Shown: positions 40,711-55,077, counted from the stretch's first letter. The stretch is 64,000 bases of DNA from Eledone cirrhosa (GCA_964016885.1 OZ024765.1:8990001-9054000), one strand, 5' to 3'. The notes: generated by a model from the letters alone, not told the origin. Numbers and translations: made by a program.

Positions 40711-40777
40711 TTTTATTATGCGCATTTCAAAAACAAACATCATCATGCAATAATATTTGTGTTTTCATCAGATAAAA
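40711..40777 (-). ncRNA. Type I hammerhead ribozyme motif
   Basis: ttttat-CTGATGA-[long AU-rich stem II]-GAAA-tgcgca-TA-ataaaa; palindromic stem III. Confidence 0.78.
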
Positions 40778-41127
40778 CAGGAGAACATGATATGAAGGCT
40801 AAAAAACACTTGTGGATAGTGCAGTTTTAACAAGTGGAAGCTTAGTAAAATCGAAGAATTGGCTGCAGCCAAGCAAAATCAACCTACAATAAGGAATGAG
40901 TAGCAAAGCACTCAATAAGGGTAGGCCCTTAGAGTAATAACATATGTTTAGATAACTTGACAAATTGAAAATTGCGGCAGGCAAAGCCAGCCATTACAAT
41001 AGCAAAACAAGGAAACACACACTGTCAGTTCTCCAGGTGGTAAATATCAAAGGTAAAGATTAAACCATGAAAAGATTTGGGTGTGAAAACATTATTTTAA
41101 TTAGTTCTAGCTTCTCCACTAGCTGGT

Positions 41128-42330
41128 ACACCACCACCACCACCACCACTACTACATACCACCACATACACCACCACATACCACCACATACCACCACATA
41201 CACCACCACCACCTCCACCTACACCACATACCACCACATACACCACCACTGCAGTGCCGCCACATTACACCACCACATACCACCACATACCACCACATAC
41301 ACCACCTCCACCTACACCACATACCACCACATACCACCACATACACCACCACCACCTCCACCTACACCACATACCACTACATACCACCGCATACACCACC
41401 ACTGCCGTGCCGCCACATTACACTACCACCACCACATACCACCACATACACCACCACATACACCACTACCACCACCACCACATACACCACCACCACCACA
41501 TACACCACCACCACCACATACACTACCACCACCACATACCACCACCAATATCACATACACCACCACCACCACATACACTACCACCACCACACACCACCAC
41601 CACCACCACATACACCACCACCACCACATACGCTACCACCACCACACACCACATACCATCTCCACCACCACATACACCACCACCACCACATACACTACCA
41701 CCACCACACACCACATACCATCTCCACCACCACATACACTACCACCACCACACACCACCACCAATACCATATACACCACCACCACCACCACATACACTAC
41801 CACCACCACACACCACATACCATCTCCACCACCACATACACTACCACCACCACACACCACCACACACCACATACACCACCACCACCACACACCACATACC
41901 ATCTCCACCACCACATACCACCACCACACACCACATACACCACCACCACCACACACCACATACCACCACCACCACATACACCACCACCACATACCACCAC
42001 CACCACATACACCACCACATACCACCACCACCAATACCACCACCGCCGCTACCACATACACCACCATCACTATATACCACTTCCTGTCTGATACACCACC
42101 ACCACCACTACCACCACATCCACCACCACCACCATCATCATCATCACTACTATCAATACCATCATCACCATATACCACCACCACCACCGCCACTACTATC
42201 AATACCATCATTACCATCATCACCATATACCACCACCACCACCACCACCACCACAACCATCATTACCATCACCACCACCACCACCACCACCACAACCACA
42301 TAAGTAGTAGTGGTGGTGGTGGTGGTGGTG
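41128..42330. repeat. (ACC/ACAT)n low-complexity tract
   Basis: Direct inspection. Confidence 0.9.
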
Positions 42331-42738
42331 TATTTGGAGGGGGGGTGTATGTGAATCAGCCTGTTTGATTCAGTTGCACCAAGACACCTGGGACGGGGGG
42401 GGGGGGGCAACTGCTGATGTGGTGGTGGGGAGGGTGGTGGGGTGTAATGTTATTAAACAAACCCTTCCACTAGAACACCTCACACCTATAAGTGTGTGTG
42501 TGTGTGTGTGTGTATAGTTATATATATGCGTGTATATATATATATGTGTGTGTGTGTATAGATATATATAAATATGTGTAAATATATAAATATATGTGTG
42601 TATATATATATATATCATCATCATCATCATTTCATTTTACGTCTGCTTTTTCCCTGCTTATATATATATGTGTGTGTGTGTGTGTATCGATATATGTGTG
42701 TATATATATATAAATATGTGTGTGTGTATAGATATATA

Positions 42739-42775
<37 letters not shown>

Positions 42776-42874
42776 GTGTGTGTATGTGTATAGATATATA
42801 TGTGTATATATATATATAAATATATGTGTGTATATCTATATATCATCATTTTACAGCCGTTTTTCCCTGCTTAT

Positions 42875-43152
42875 CCTCAGTGTATACTGATTAATGTTCA
42901 GAGCCATCCTCAACATTCTCGTGTAGCACCCATCCACCATCTGAGTGAGTTTCTTGGTCAGTGTCCAAGTCTCAGACCTGTACAGCAGCGAAGAGATGGA
43001 TATTTGTATATGTAGGTGTCTTACTAGCTTTCCGAAATCATCACTTGCTGTCCTAATCCTGTGTGGAATTTCATTATCAAGGTTGCTGTATCGATTGACA
43101 GTGCTTCCCAGGTAGACAAACTGATCAACCACTCCAAGTCGTTTACCATACA
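42875..43152 (-). mobile_element. RTE-clade LINE fragment (same family as 8027-8396)
   Basis: VVDQFVYLGSTV...LDNEIPHRI...LLYRSETWTLTK...DGCYTRMLRMALNI. Confidence 0.88.
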
Positions 43153-43259
43153 CATATATATATGAAGTAATTCCGTCAGAAAAGTCTGACGGAATTACTT
43201 CATTTATACAGAGTACCCGACCTCCCATGGGTACATGCTGAAGCATATAAACAATATGC

Positions 43260-44008
43260 CCCCACACCCCCCACCGCAAGGTGGTCGTGGAGGTGCCACG
43301 GCAAAAAATCCCCCAGCCCACACTGTAAAGTGGACGTGTAGGCGCCACGAAAAAGCACCCAGCACTCACTGTAAAGTGGACGTGTAGGCGCCACGAAAAA
43401 GCACCCAGCACTCACTGTAAAATGGACGTGTAGGTGCCACGGAAAAAGCACCCAGCACTCACTGTAAAGTGGACGTGTAGGCGCCACGAAAAAGCACCCA
43501 GCACTCACTGTGAAGTGGACGTGTAGGTGCCACGGAAAAAGCACCCAGCACTCACTGTAAAGTGGACGTGTAGGCGCCACGAAAAAGCACCCAGCACTCA
43601 CTGTAAAGTGGACGTGTAGGCGCCACGAAAAAGCACCCAGCACTCACTGTAAAGTGGACGTGTAGGCGCCACGAAAAACCACCCAGCACTCACTGTAAAG
43701 TGGACGTGTAGGCGCCACGAAAAAGCACCCAGCACTCACTGTAAAGTGGACGTGTAGGCGCCACGAAAAAGCACCCAGCCCACACTGTAAAGTGGACGTG
43801 TAGGCGCCACGAAAAAGCACCCAGCACTCACTGTAAATGAGGTTGGTGTTAGGAAGGGCATCCAGCTGTAGAAATCAAGCCATATTCAGTTTCCGTATGA
43901 GCAAGGCATGGTCAGCCGACCAGACACTGCACACAACAGGACAACCCGTCTAACCCATGCTAGCGTGGAAGAACGGACATAAAACGGTGATGATGATGAT
44001 GATGATGA
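43260..44008 (+). mobile_element. SINE body/tail with 46-bp internal tandem array
   Basis: About 11 copies of cactgtaaagtggacgtgtaggcgccacgaaaaagcacccagcact (43321-43836), then ggaagggcatccagctg and (GAT)n. Confidence 0.85.
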
Positions 44009-44116
44009 TACAGCTCCAACCGGGATTGATTGAAGCATATTCTATATTCCATATACGATTGGCACTTTCCAGCCCGATTAGTTGAGCACTCTACTGTTTT
44101 CAGATTGTTTATTACA

Positions 44117-44158
<42 letters not shown>

Positions 44159-44345
44159 AGACAATCACTCTTGCCTCAAGTGGGACTACCCCCGTCCAAA
44201 CCCATGCAAGCGTGGAACACGGACGTTAAACGTTGATGATGATGATGATGATATACCAACCTCAATACCAATACTATCCTCACCATCACCACCGCCACAT
44301 ACCAAAAGACTATTTTGAGTTTCTAACTCTATGTATATATATATA

Positions 44346-44653
44346 TCATCATCATCATTTCATTTTACGTCCCCTTTTCCCTGCTTGCAAGGGTGGGACG
44401 GGAACTGATTCTGGCTTGATTTCTACAGCTGGATGCCCTTCCTAACACCAACCTCATTTACAGTGAGTGCTGGGTGCTTTTTTGCCGTGGCACCTCCACA
44501 ACCACATTACAGTGGAATGATAGGGACCCCAGTCCCTATCATCTCATTTCTACAGCTGAGTAAACTGGAGCAATGTGAAATAAAGTGTCTTGCTCAAGGA
44601 AACAACACATCAGCCGGCCTGAGAATTGAACTAGCCGGTCTGAGAATTGAACT
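44346..44653 (-). mobile_element. SINE family C, 5'-truncated
   Basis: Matches 8670-9006. Confidence 0.88.
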
Positions 44654-44822
44654 ATGAATGTATATATATATATATATATATATATGATAATCATCATCCT
44701 CATCGTTTAACGTACATTTTCAACACTAGCATGGGTTAGACTTTTTGTCCCACTACAGGCAAGTTGGGTCAGGTGACCGTGTCTTGCTCATATAGGAGTT
44801 TCTGGCTAGATTTCTATATATA

Positions 44823-44911
<89 letters not shown>

Positions 44912-44943
44912 AGATCAAAAGATGGTTAAAAGAGTTCCAAGTA

Positions 44944-45010
44944 TTTTATTATGCGCATTTCAAAAACAAATATCATCATGAGATGATATCTGCGTTTTCA
45001 TCAGATAAAA
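44944..45010 (-). ncRNA. Type I hammerhead ribozyme motif (family of 40711)
   Basis: ttttat-CTGATGA-aaacgcagatatcat..atgatatttgttttt-GAAA-tgcgca-TA-ataaaa. Confidence 0.78.
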
Positions 45011-45202
45011 TAGGGATACATGATATGAAGGTTAAAAAACACTCTTTTAACCATCTTTTGATCTTATATTATTTATACTCCAGTCCTATAAACTGTAGAG
45101 TGCTACTTATCCGATATTTGCATTGCTTTATTGTGCTACAATAAAACTCACCTCCTACATATATATATATTCCTATACCTTTCATTTATATATATATATA
45201 TA

Positions 45203-45587
45203 TAATAATAATAATGAAATTATTGTGTACAGTGCTCAGGTGCACTACAACTCATCAAAGGTGCATGTATAGTACATAGAATAATGTACAAATGTCAGGA
45301 AAATAAACAGTGTATGAGTCATGATATAATAACAATAACAATAATGAAATATTGTGCACAGTGCCCAGGTGCACCACAACCCATCAAAAAGGTGCATGTA
45401 CAGTACATAGGGCAATGCACAAACATCAGTAAAATGAACAGTGCACACGTGTGCATGTGTATGGAAGGGGCACATCAGGTGTAGTTTTGGCGTATTTCGG
45501 GAAGCATGAGTGTCTTAAAGGATGCAGTGTCTCGGCAGCTAACAATTGACGCAGGCAGTTTGTTCCATGTTTCAGCAACTCTGAGCA
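45203..45587 (-). mobile_element. CR1-clade LINE 3' end with duplicated tail
   Basis: Homologous to 35122-35650. Confidence 0.8.
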
Positions 45588-46184
45588 TATATATATATAT
45601 ATGTGTGTGTGTGTATATATATACGTCTACTTCCTTTAGAACTAAGATGTCTGTTTTTCACATAATCAACCTCTTACACACACATAGACACACACATATA
45701 GACACCCACACATAGACACACATACACATGTACATAAACACACAGACACAGACACATGTACACGTACATAGACACACACACATATAGACACACACATACA
45801 CACACATAGACACATGTACATATACACAGACACATGTACACGTACATAGACACACACACACATAGACACACACATACACATACACACACATAGACACATG
45901 TACATATACACACATATAGACACAATGTACATACACACACACACACACATATACACGTGTATGTACACATAGTTTTACCTGCCTCTGTCAGACCCTCATA
46001 CACACTACTTCCTGCTTCCCCAGTCATACTATGTCTCTCTGTCTGTCACCCCACCCCCTCAAACTCCCCCCTCCTTCGTTCACTCTTGTCTGTCTGTCTG
46101 TCTGTCACCCCACCCCCTCTCTCTCTCAGTCCACTTCAGCCCTACCCACTTTAACTATATCTAGCTGTATATTCCTTTGTCTGT

Positions 46185-47775
46185 CACACACACACACAGT
46201 ATACAACTCACACACACACACACACACAGTATACATCTCACACAAACACACACACACACACACACACACAGTATACAACTCACACAAACACACACACACA
46301 CAGTATACATCTCACACAAACACACACACACACAGTATACATCTCACACAAACACACACACAGTATACAACTCACACACACACACACACAGTATACAACT
46401 CACACACACACACAGTATACAACTCACACAAACACACACACACACAGTATACAACTCACACACACACACACACACACAGTATACAACTCACACAAACACA
46501 CAAACACACACACACAAACACACAGTATACAGCTCACACAAATACACAGTATACAACTCACACACACACACACAGTATACAACACACACAAACACACACA
46601 CACACAGTATACAACTCACACAAACACACACACAGTATACAACACACACACACACAGAATACAACTCACACAAACACACACAAACACACACAGTATACAA
46701 CTCACACAAACACACACACAGTATACAACACACACACACACAGTATACAACACACACACACACAGTATACAACTCACACAAACACACACACAGTATACAA
46801 CACACACACACACAGAATACAACTCACACAAACACACAGTATACAACTCACACAAACACACACAAACACACACAGTATACAACTCACACAAACACACACA
46901 CACACACACAGTATACAACTCACACAAACACACACACACACACACAGTATACAACTCACACAAACACACACACACAGTATACAACTCACACACACACACA
47001 GTATACAACTCACACACACACACACACACACACACAGTATACAACTCACACAAACACACACACACACACACAGTATACAACTCACACAAACACACACACA
47101 CAGTATACAACTCACACAAACACACAGTATACATCTCACACAAACACACACACACACAGTATACATCTCACACAAACACACACACACACAGTATACAACT
47201 CACACAAACACACACACACACAGTATACATCTCACACAAACACACACACAGTATACAACTCACACAAACACACACACACACACACAGTATACAACTCACA
47301 CAAACACACACACACACAGTATACATCTCACACACAGTATACATCTCACACAAACACACACAGTATACAACTCACACAAACACACACACACACACACACA
47401 CAGTATACAGCTCACACAAATACACAGTATACAACTCACACACACACACACACACACAGTATACAACACACACAAACACACACACAGTATACAACTCACA
47501 CACACACACACACACAGTATACAACACACACAAACACACACACACACAGTATACAACTCACACACACACACACACACAGTATACAACACACACAAACACA
47601 CACACACAGTATACAACACACACAAACACACACACACACAGTATACAACACACACAAACACAGACACACACAGTATACAACTCACACACACACACACACA
47701 CAGTATACAACACACACAAACACACACACACACAGTATACAACACACACAAACACAAACACACAGTATACAACAC
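46185..47775. repeat. (CA)n punctuated by gtatacaact
   Basis: Direct inspection. Confidence 0.95.
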
Positions 47776-47924
47776 CACATACAGGATACATATGTTATGT
47801 AACACAGCAACACACATGTATGTAGGTGTGTGTGTATGTGTGTGTATATATATATATATGGCTTTGTGTGTGTGTGCATATATATGTGTGTGTGTGTGTG
47901 TATATATATATATGTGTGTGTGTG

Positions 47925-48010
<86 letters not shown>

Positions 48011-48780
48011 TGTGTGTATATATATATGTGTGTGTGTGTGTGTGTATATATATATGGCTTTGTGGGTGTTCATTTGGTAGTTTCTGAATAGAATCTAGAT
48101 TAACAACACATTCCTACACACACACATCTCTCCACACACGCACACACGTCTCCACACACACATCGACGCACACATATAGACATACACACACACATGTCTC
48201 CACACACACACACATATAGACACACACACACATCTCCACACACACACACATCTCCACACACACACACACACATCGATGCACACACACACGTCTCCACACA
48301 CATATAGACATACACACACACACATATAGACACACACACACACGTCTCCACACACACACACACACACATCAACACACACGTCTCCGCACACATAGACATA
48401 CACACACACACGTCTCCACACAAACACACATATAGACACACACACACACGTCTCCACACACACACACGACTCCACACACGCACATATATAGACACACACA
48501 CACACGACTCCACATATGCACACATATAGACACACACGTCTCAATACAGAGGTCTTCATTCTTGAGACTTAACAATAACACCATTGTATGTGTGTGTATG
48601 TGTGTGTATGTGTATATGTATGTGTGTGTGTATGTGTATCTATGTGTGTGTATATGTGTGTGTGTGTGTGTCTGTGTTTGTAATGTGTGGGTGCATATAT
48701 GTGTGTGTGCATGTCTGTTTGTAATGTGTGTGTGTTCATATGTATATGTGTTTCTCCCTCTTTCTTTCTCCTCCCTTATA

Positions 48781-50205
48781 TCATCATCATCATCATCATT
48801 TTACGTCCGCTCTTCCCTGCTTGCAAGGGTGGGACGGGTCTTATTCAGTACAGCATCTCTCCACTAGTCACGGTCCTTCATCATCTCCACTGTGAGCTTC
48901 AGCAATCTGAGGGTTGTTCTCACCACCTCCACCCATGTTTTTCGTGGTCTACCTCTACCACGTCTTCCTTCAACTGGCATTTCCTGGCACTTCTTCACCC
49001 ATCGGTCATCCTCCATGTGCATCACATGTCCATACCACCTCAGTCTCCTCTCCCGTACACTACATTCTATCCCTCTCAGACACAGTTTCTCTCTCAACAC
49101 ATCACATGTCCATACCACCTCAGTCTCCTCTCCCGTACACTACATTCTATCCCTCTCAGACACAGTTTCACTCTCAACACATCACATGTCCATACCACCT
49201 CAGTCTCCTCTCCCGTACACTACATTCTATCCCTCTCAGACAGTTTCTCTCTCAACACATCACATGTCCATACCACCTCAGTCTCCTCTCCCGTACACTA
49301 CATTCTATCCCTCTCAGACACAGTTTCTCTCTCAACACATCACATGTCCATACCACCTCAGTCTCCTCTCCCGTACACTACATTCTATCCCTCTCAGACA
49401 CAGTTTCTCTCTCAACACATCACATGTCCATACCACCTCAGTCTCCTCTCCCGTACACTACATTCTATCCCTCTCAACACATCACATGTCCATACCACCT
49501 CAGTCTCCTCTCCCGTACACTACATTCTATCCCTCTCAGACACAGTTTCTCTCTCAACACATCACATGTCCATACCACCTCAGTCTCCTCTCCCGTACAC
49601 TACATTCTATCCCTCTCAGACACAGTTTCTCTCTCAACACATCACATGTCCATACCACCTCAGTCTCCTCTCCCGTACACTACATTCTATTCCTCTCAGA
49701 CACAGTTTCTCTCTCAACACATCACATGTCCATACCACCTCAGTCTCCTCTCCCGTACACTACATTCTATCCCTCTCAGACACAGTTTCTCTCTCAACAC
49801 ATCCATGCTGGGTCGTTCACCTACATTTACACTGCACATCCAACGGAGCATGCTTGCTTCATTTCTCTCCAGCCATCGCATATCCTCTGCAGTTGCTGCC
49901 CATGTCTCACTACCATGCAGCATCGCGCTCCTCACACAGGCATCGTATAACCGGCCTTTCGTACGCAGGGAGAAACCCTTCTTTGTCAGCAGCTCTCTAA
50001 ACTTCTTCCAACCCGTCCTTATTCTAGATACTATGGCCTCGGAACCCCCCCCCCCCTCTACCATGTATGTTAATCTGATCTCCTATGTACCAGAAGCTAT
50101 CAACCACTTCTATAGCACCTGCCTGCATTTGAAAAATGTGTCTATCAATGCGACTTCTACTGTCTAATTTCCCTGTACATCTACTGCATACGTATTTCTC
50201 TCTAC
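48781..50205 (-). mobile_element. RTE-clade LINE 3' fragment with 80-bp internal tandem array
   Basis: GGGSEAIVSRIRTGWKKFREL...SETWA...RWYGHVM. About 10 copies of 80 bp at 49021-49800; the unamplified form is at 16902-17372. Confidence 0.93.
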
Positions 50206-50222
50206 CTGTGTGTATATATATA

Positions 50223-50395
50223 TCATCATCATCATCATCATCATCATTCGTCGACTACTGTCGAGATGATGGATCTCACTCTCATGCCCCAGAATCCCCT
50301 GTCCCCCATCGCTGCCCCCAGGTCCAGTCTAGGAGTAGGAAGCTGTCATTCCCTGACGTTATCTCTAGGGATACGGGAATCAGCAGACAGGACCT
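50223..50395 (-). mobile_element. Short RTE-like 3' end with inverted 5' part
   Basis: Tail (minus strand) MGDRGFWGMRVRSIISTVVDE* plus (GAT)n, also seen at ~16705-16780. The adjacent segment reads RKLSFPDVISRDTGI on the opposite strand. Confidence 0.6.
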
Positions 50396-50840
50396 GTATA
50401 TATTGTGTATGTATATATGTGTAGATATATTGTATGTGTATATGTATAGATATATTGTATGTGTATATGTATAGATACATTGTGTGTATATATGTATAAA
50501 TACATTGTGTGTATATATGTATAGATATATTGTATGTGTATATGTATAGATACATTGTGTGTATATATGTGTAGATATATTGTATGTGTATATGTATAGA
50601 TACATTGTGTGTATATGTATAGATATATTGTATGTGTATATGTATAGATACATTGTGTGTATATATGTGTAGATATATTGTATGTGTATATGTATAGATA
50701 TATTGTATGTGTATATGTATAAATACATTGTGTGTATATATGTATAAATACATTGTGTGTATATATGTGTAGATATATTGTATGTGTATATGTATAGATA
50801 TATTGTGTGTATATATGTATAAATACATTGTGTGTATATA
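50396..50840. repeat. ~25-bp AT/GT-rich minisatellite immediately upstream of the integrin exon
   Basis: attgtatgtgtatatgtatagat variants. Confidence 0.85.
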
Positions 50841-50869
50841 ATGTATTAATTTGTGTTATTTTTCTGCAG

Positions 50870-50988
50870 GTTTTTAGTGGGTGCCCCACAAGCCAACGAT
50901 TCAAGCCTCTCAGTAGAACAGCCTGGGCAGATACAGAAATGTTACTTCTCCCTTGATGAGACCTGTGAAAAGTTAACCACTAAACTAG
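50870..50988 (+). CDS. Integrin alpha subunit (alpha-4/alpha-9-like), internal coding exon (probable exon 2)
   Basis: Acceptor tttctgcag|G, donor CTAG|gtatgt; 119 nt, phase 2 to phase 1. Encodes FLVGAPQANDSSLSVEQPGQIQKCYFSLDETCEKLTTKL, matching the integrin alpha first FG-GAP blade (LLVGAPxAN...PGxIxxC...TCE). Confidence 0.9.
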
Positions 50989-51247
50989 GTATGTATACAC
51001 CTGTTTGTGAATGTATGTATGTATTTTACCGTGTAGGCAACACGGTAAAAACCTCCCAGCCCCACACTGTAAATGTGGTTGGTGTTAGGAAGGGCATCCA
51101 ACTGTAGAAAACCCGCCAGACAGTCCTATGCGAGCAAGACAACCACTCTTGCCTCAAGTGGGAAAACCCCCGTCCAAACCCATGCAAGCGTGGAACACGG
51201 ACGCTAAACCTGATGATGATGATGTATGTATATACAGCAGGCAATAC

Positions 51248-51314
<67 letters not shown>

Positions 51315-51356
51315 TCAGCCTGCCCATCCCTTCAATCTTTCTAATTTCTCATTCTT

Positions 51357-51392
51357 TCTTCTGATGAAGGACTAGCATCTGAAACGTTAAGA
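51357..51392 (+). ncRNA. Minimal hammerhead motif, degenerate stem II
   Basis: tctt-CTGATGA-aggactagcatct-GAAA-cg-TT-aaga; copy of 7238-7273. Confidence 0.5.
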
Positions 51393-51472
51393 CCCTCTTC
51401 CTGCTATTTCAAGCGTTAATCTAATATATTCCTTCCATATACTGTACCGTTTGTGTTGCTATTTCTGTTTAC

Positions 51473-51543
<71 letters not shown>

Positions 51544-51685
51544 GAGTTAAGCAAGATTCAATGAGTACATCAAAGAATGAGTTTTACAGTAGATTGGAAG
51601 CACTCTACAGAAAAAAATAATTTCCAGAGTTATTAATATTAAAATACAAATATTAATAAAATAGATGTTCTTGTGATCAATTAAA

Positions 51686-51736
51686 TTTTATTATACATAT
51701 TTCGGATGTACAACAGTACGTCCTCATCAGATAAAA
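51686..51736 (-). ncRNA. Type I hammerhead ribozyme, intact
   Basis: ttttat-CTGATGA-ggacgtac-tgtt-gtacatcc-GAAA-tatgta-TA-ataaaa. Confidence 0.85.
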
Positions 51737-51794
51737 TAAAATGATACATGACATACCCTGAGATGTTAAATGGTTAAGATTTAATCAAGGTAGT

Positions 51795-52855
51795 ATTTAT
51801 ATTAAAGAGTTATTTATATTAAAGAGTTATTTATATTAAAGAGTTATTTATATTAAAGAGTTATTTATATTAAAGAGTTATTTATATTAAAGAGTTATTT
51901 ATATTAAAGAGTTATTTATATTAAAGAGTTATTTATATTAAAGAGTTATTAATATTAAAGAGTTATTTATATTAAAGAGTTATTTATATTAAAGAGTTAT
52001 TTATATTAAAGAGTTATTAATATTAAAGAGTTATTTATATTAAAGAGTTATTTATATTAAAGAGTTATTTATATTAAAGAGTTATTTATATTAAAGAGTT
52101 ATTTATATTAAAGAGTTATTTATATTAAAGAGTTATTTATATTAAAGAGTTATTTATATTAAAGAGTTATTAATATTAAAGAGTTATTTATATTAAAGAG
52201 TTATTTATATTAAAGAGTTATTTATATTAAAGAGTTATTTATATTAAAGAGTTATTTATATTAAAGAGTTATTTATATTAAAGAGTTATTTATATTAAAG
52301 AGTTATTTATATTAAAGAGTTATTTATATTAAAGAGTTATTTATATTAAAGAGTTATTTATATTATAGAGTTATTTATATTATAGAGTTATTTATATTAA
52401 AGAGTTATTAATATTAAAGAGTTATTTATATTAAAGAGTTATTTATATTAAAGAGTTATTAATATTAAAGAGTTATTTATATTAAAGAGTTATTTATATT
52501 ATAGAGTTATTTATATTAAAGAGTTATTTATATTAAAGAGTTATTAATATTAAAGAGTTATTAATATTAAAGAGTTATTTATATTATAGAGTTATTTATA
52601 TTAAAGAATTATTTATATTATAGAGTTATTTATATTATAGAGTTATTTATATTAAAGAGTTATTAATATTAAAGAGTTATTTATATTAAAGAGTTATTTA
52701 TATTAAAGAGTTATTTATATTATAGAGTTATTAATATTAAAGAGTTATTTATATTAAAGAGTTATTTATATTAAAGAGTTATTTATATTAAAGAGTTATT
52801 TATATTAAAGAGTTATTTATATTAAAGAGTTATTTATATTATAGAGTTATTAATA
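51795..52855. repeat. 17-bp minisatellite inside an inverted-repeat-bounded element
   Basis: tattaaagagttattta, about 60 copies, flanked by ~120-bp inverted repeats 51538-51661 and 52868-52991. Confidence 0.95.
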
Positions 52856-52988
52856 TTAAAATACAAATATTTTATTAATATTTGTATTTTAATATTAATA
52901 ACTCTGGAAAATTATTTACCGTAGAGTGCTTCTAATCTACTGTAAAACTCATTCTTTGATATACTCATTGAATCTTGTTTAAGTCTTT

Positions 52989-53021
<33 letters not shown>

Positions 53022-53508
53022 CTGTAAACGTGGTTGGTGTTAGGAAGGGCATCCAGCTGTAAAAAACCCGCCAGACAGTACTATACGAGCAAGACAACCA
53101 ATCTTGCCTCAAGTGGGAAAATTCCCGTCCAAACCCATGCTAGCGTGGCCGATGGACGTTAAATGATGATGATGATGATGATATATATATAATATATAGT
53201 ATATATATATAATATATAGTATATACAGAGCATTTGTAGTTGTCCCAAATTGAAGGATGAGTATTTTAAACTTTATTTTATCATGAGTTAAGGCTCTATT
53301 GATTTTTCCCTGGATTTCACTAAATTCTGTTGGATAAATCTATATCCTGATTCTTTTTGAATTGAGTTTGAATTATTTTTCGCACATCTTACGTTAACTA
53401 TTTTCCCATTTTGACGCTATAGTCACTTATATATTATGGAATACTGTTGGCTTCTTGCTACAATACTTTCTATACCTTTCATTTATATATATAATATATA
53501 TATATTTA

Positions 53509-53539
<31 letters not shown>

Positions 53540-53574
53540 AATATATATATATATATAATATATATATATATAAT

Positions 53575-53624
<50 letters not shown>

Positions 53625-53666
53625 CGATATTAATAAATGGAAACTATATTTATAAAACCATATTTA

Positions 53667-53727
53667 TTTCATTATACATATTTCAAGGATACCAAGTTAA
53701 ATTATGGTATGCCTTCATCAGACAAAA
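53667..53727 (-). ncRNA. Type I hammerhead motif (left arm of inverted repeat)
   Basis: Reverse complement of 53755-53815. Confidence 0.72.
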
Positions 53728-53754
53728 TACTATATATATCAGTTTTATATTGTA

Positions 53755-53815
53755 TTTTATCTGATGAAGGCATACCATAATTTAACTTGGTATCCTTGAA
53801 ATATGTATAATGAAA
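53755..53815 (+). ncRNA. Type I hammerhead motif (right arm of inverted repeat)
   Basis: ttttat-CTGATGA-aggcatacca..tggtatcctt-GAAA-tatgta-TA-atgaaa. Confidence 0.75.
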
Positions 53816-54151
53816 TAAATATGGTTTTACAAATATAGTTTCCATTTATTAATATCGTATATCTACTCCAAATACTTGTCGAGTGCTTTATATCAGTTAT
53901 AAAAATATTTACTTGTTGGTTGTATCCCAACAATTTAAATAGAACTTCTATATATATATATATATATAATGTATAAAAATCAATACGAAAGAATGAAGAC
54001 GATTCTTTCGTATTCTCCTCATTCGGGAAACCTCTAGTAATGAGGTAATTATATTGTATTGATTTTTATACATTAAATTTTGCTCTGGTACTTACATAGA
54101 GCACTCTTCACTTCTATGACCTTTGCTGTTTTCAACGGAAATTTCAATACT

Positions 54152-54184
<33 letters not shown>

Positions 54185-54227
54185 TTCTGGCAATATTACA
54201 CAAATATGACCCTCCCCAAGTATAACA

Positions 54228-54589
54228 ATCATCATCATTTCATCATCATTTCATCATCATTTCATTTTACGTCCACTTTTCCCTGCTTGCAAGGGTGGGA
54301 CGGGAACTGATTCTGGCTTGATTTCTACAGCTGGATGCCCTTCCTAACACCAACCTCATTTACAGTGAGTGCTGGGTGCTTTTTTGCCGTGGCACCTCCA
54401 CGACCACTTTGCAGTGGAATGATAGGGACCCCAGTCCCTATCATCTCATTTCTACAGCTGAGTAAACTGGAGCAATGTGAAATAAAGTGTCTTGCTCAAG
54501 GAAACAACACATCACCCGGTCTGAGAATTGAACTCACAACCTTTCGATTGCAAGGCCAATGCTCTAACCACTAAGCCATATGCCTCCAT
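54228..54589 (-). mobile_element. SINE family C, full length
   Basis: Runs from tRNA-like head to (GAT)n tail. Confidence 0.9.
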
Positions 54590-54876
54590 ATATAATGCTA
54601 TACTGCAAATAGCAGCCACTCAATAATAATTGTTGTACACATCCAAATTTTCAAAATAGTGAATAAGTTACTCTTAACAAGTTCTTAATATATCAAAATC
54701 ATTTTTTGGAATTGTATTTGCTAGTATAGAGAGAGAGGAAGAGGAGACAAAATTATAAAGAAGTCAACAATATGAATATATTATTTATCTATTCATTTTT
54801 CTGTGCATTTCAGCATGGCTAAAATATTGTATCCATTTGCTTAAGCAACTGGAAATTATTATTTAATAACTAGCAT

Positions 54877-55077
54877 GGTGGTGGATTTTTAGTATCGGTA
54901 GAGGGTCGGACGCCATGCTTTCCAGCATAGTTACGTCCCTTTACGATCTGAGTTCAAATCCCGCCGAGGTTAACTTTGCCTTTCATCCTTACGGAGGGGG
55001 GGGGGTCGATAAAATAAAGTACCAGTAATACACTGGGGGTAATTGCTGGCCTTGTGCCAAAAGTAGAAACAATTATT
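54877..55077 (+). mobile_element. SINE family B
   Basis: gagttcaaatcccgccgaggttaactttgcctttcatcc...gtagaaacaatta. Confidence 0.8.

Noticed and set aside
46031-48091. 686-aa ORF
   Set aside because: (CA)n-based repeat.
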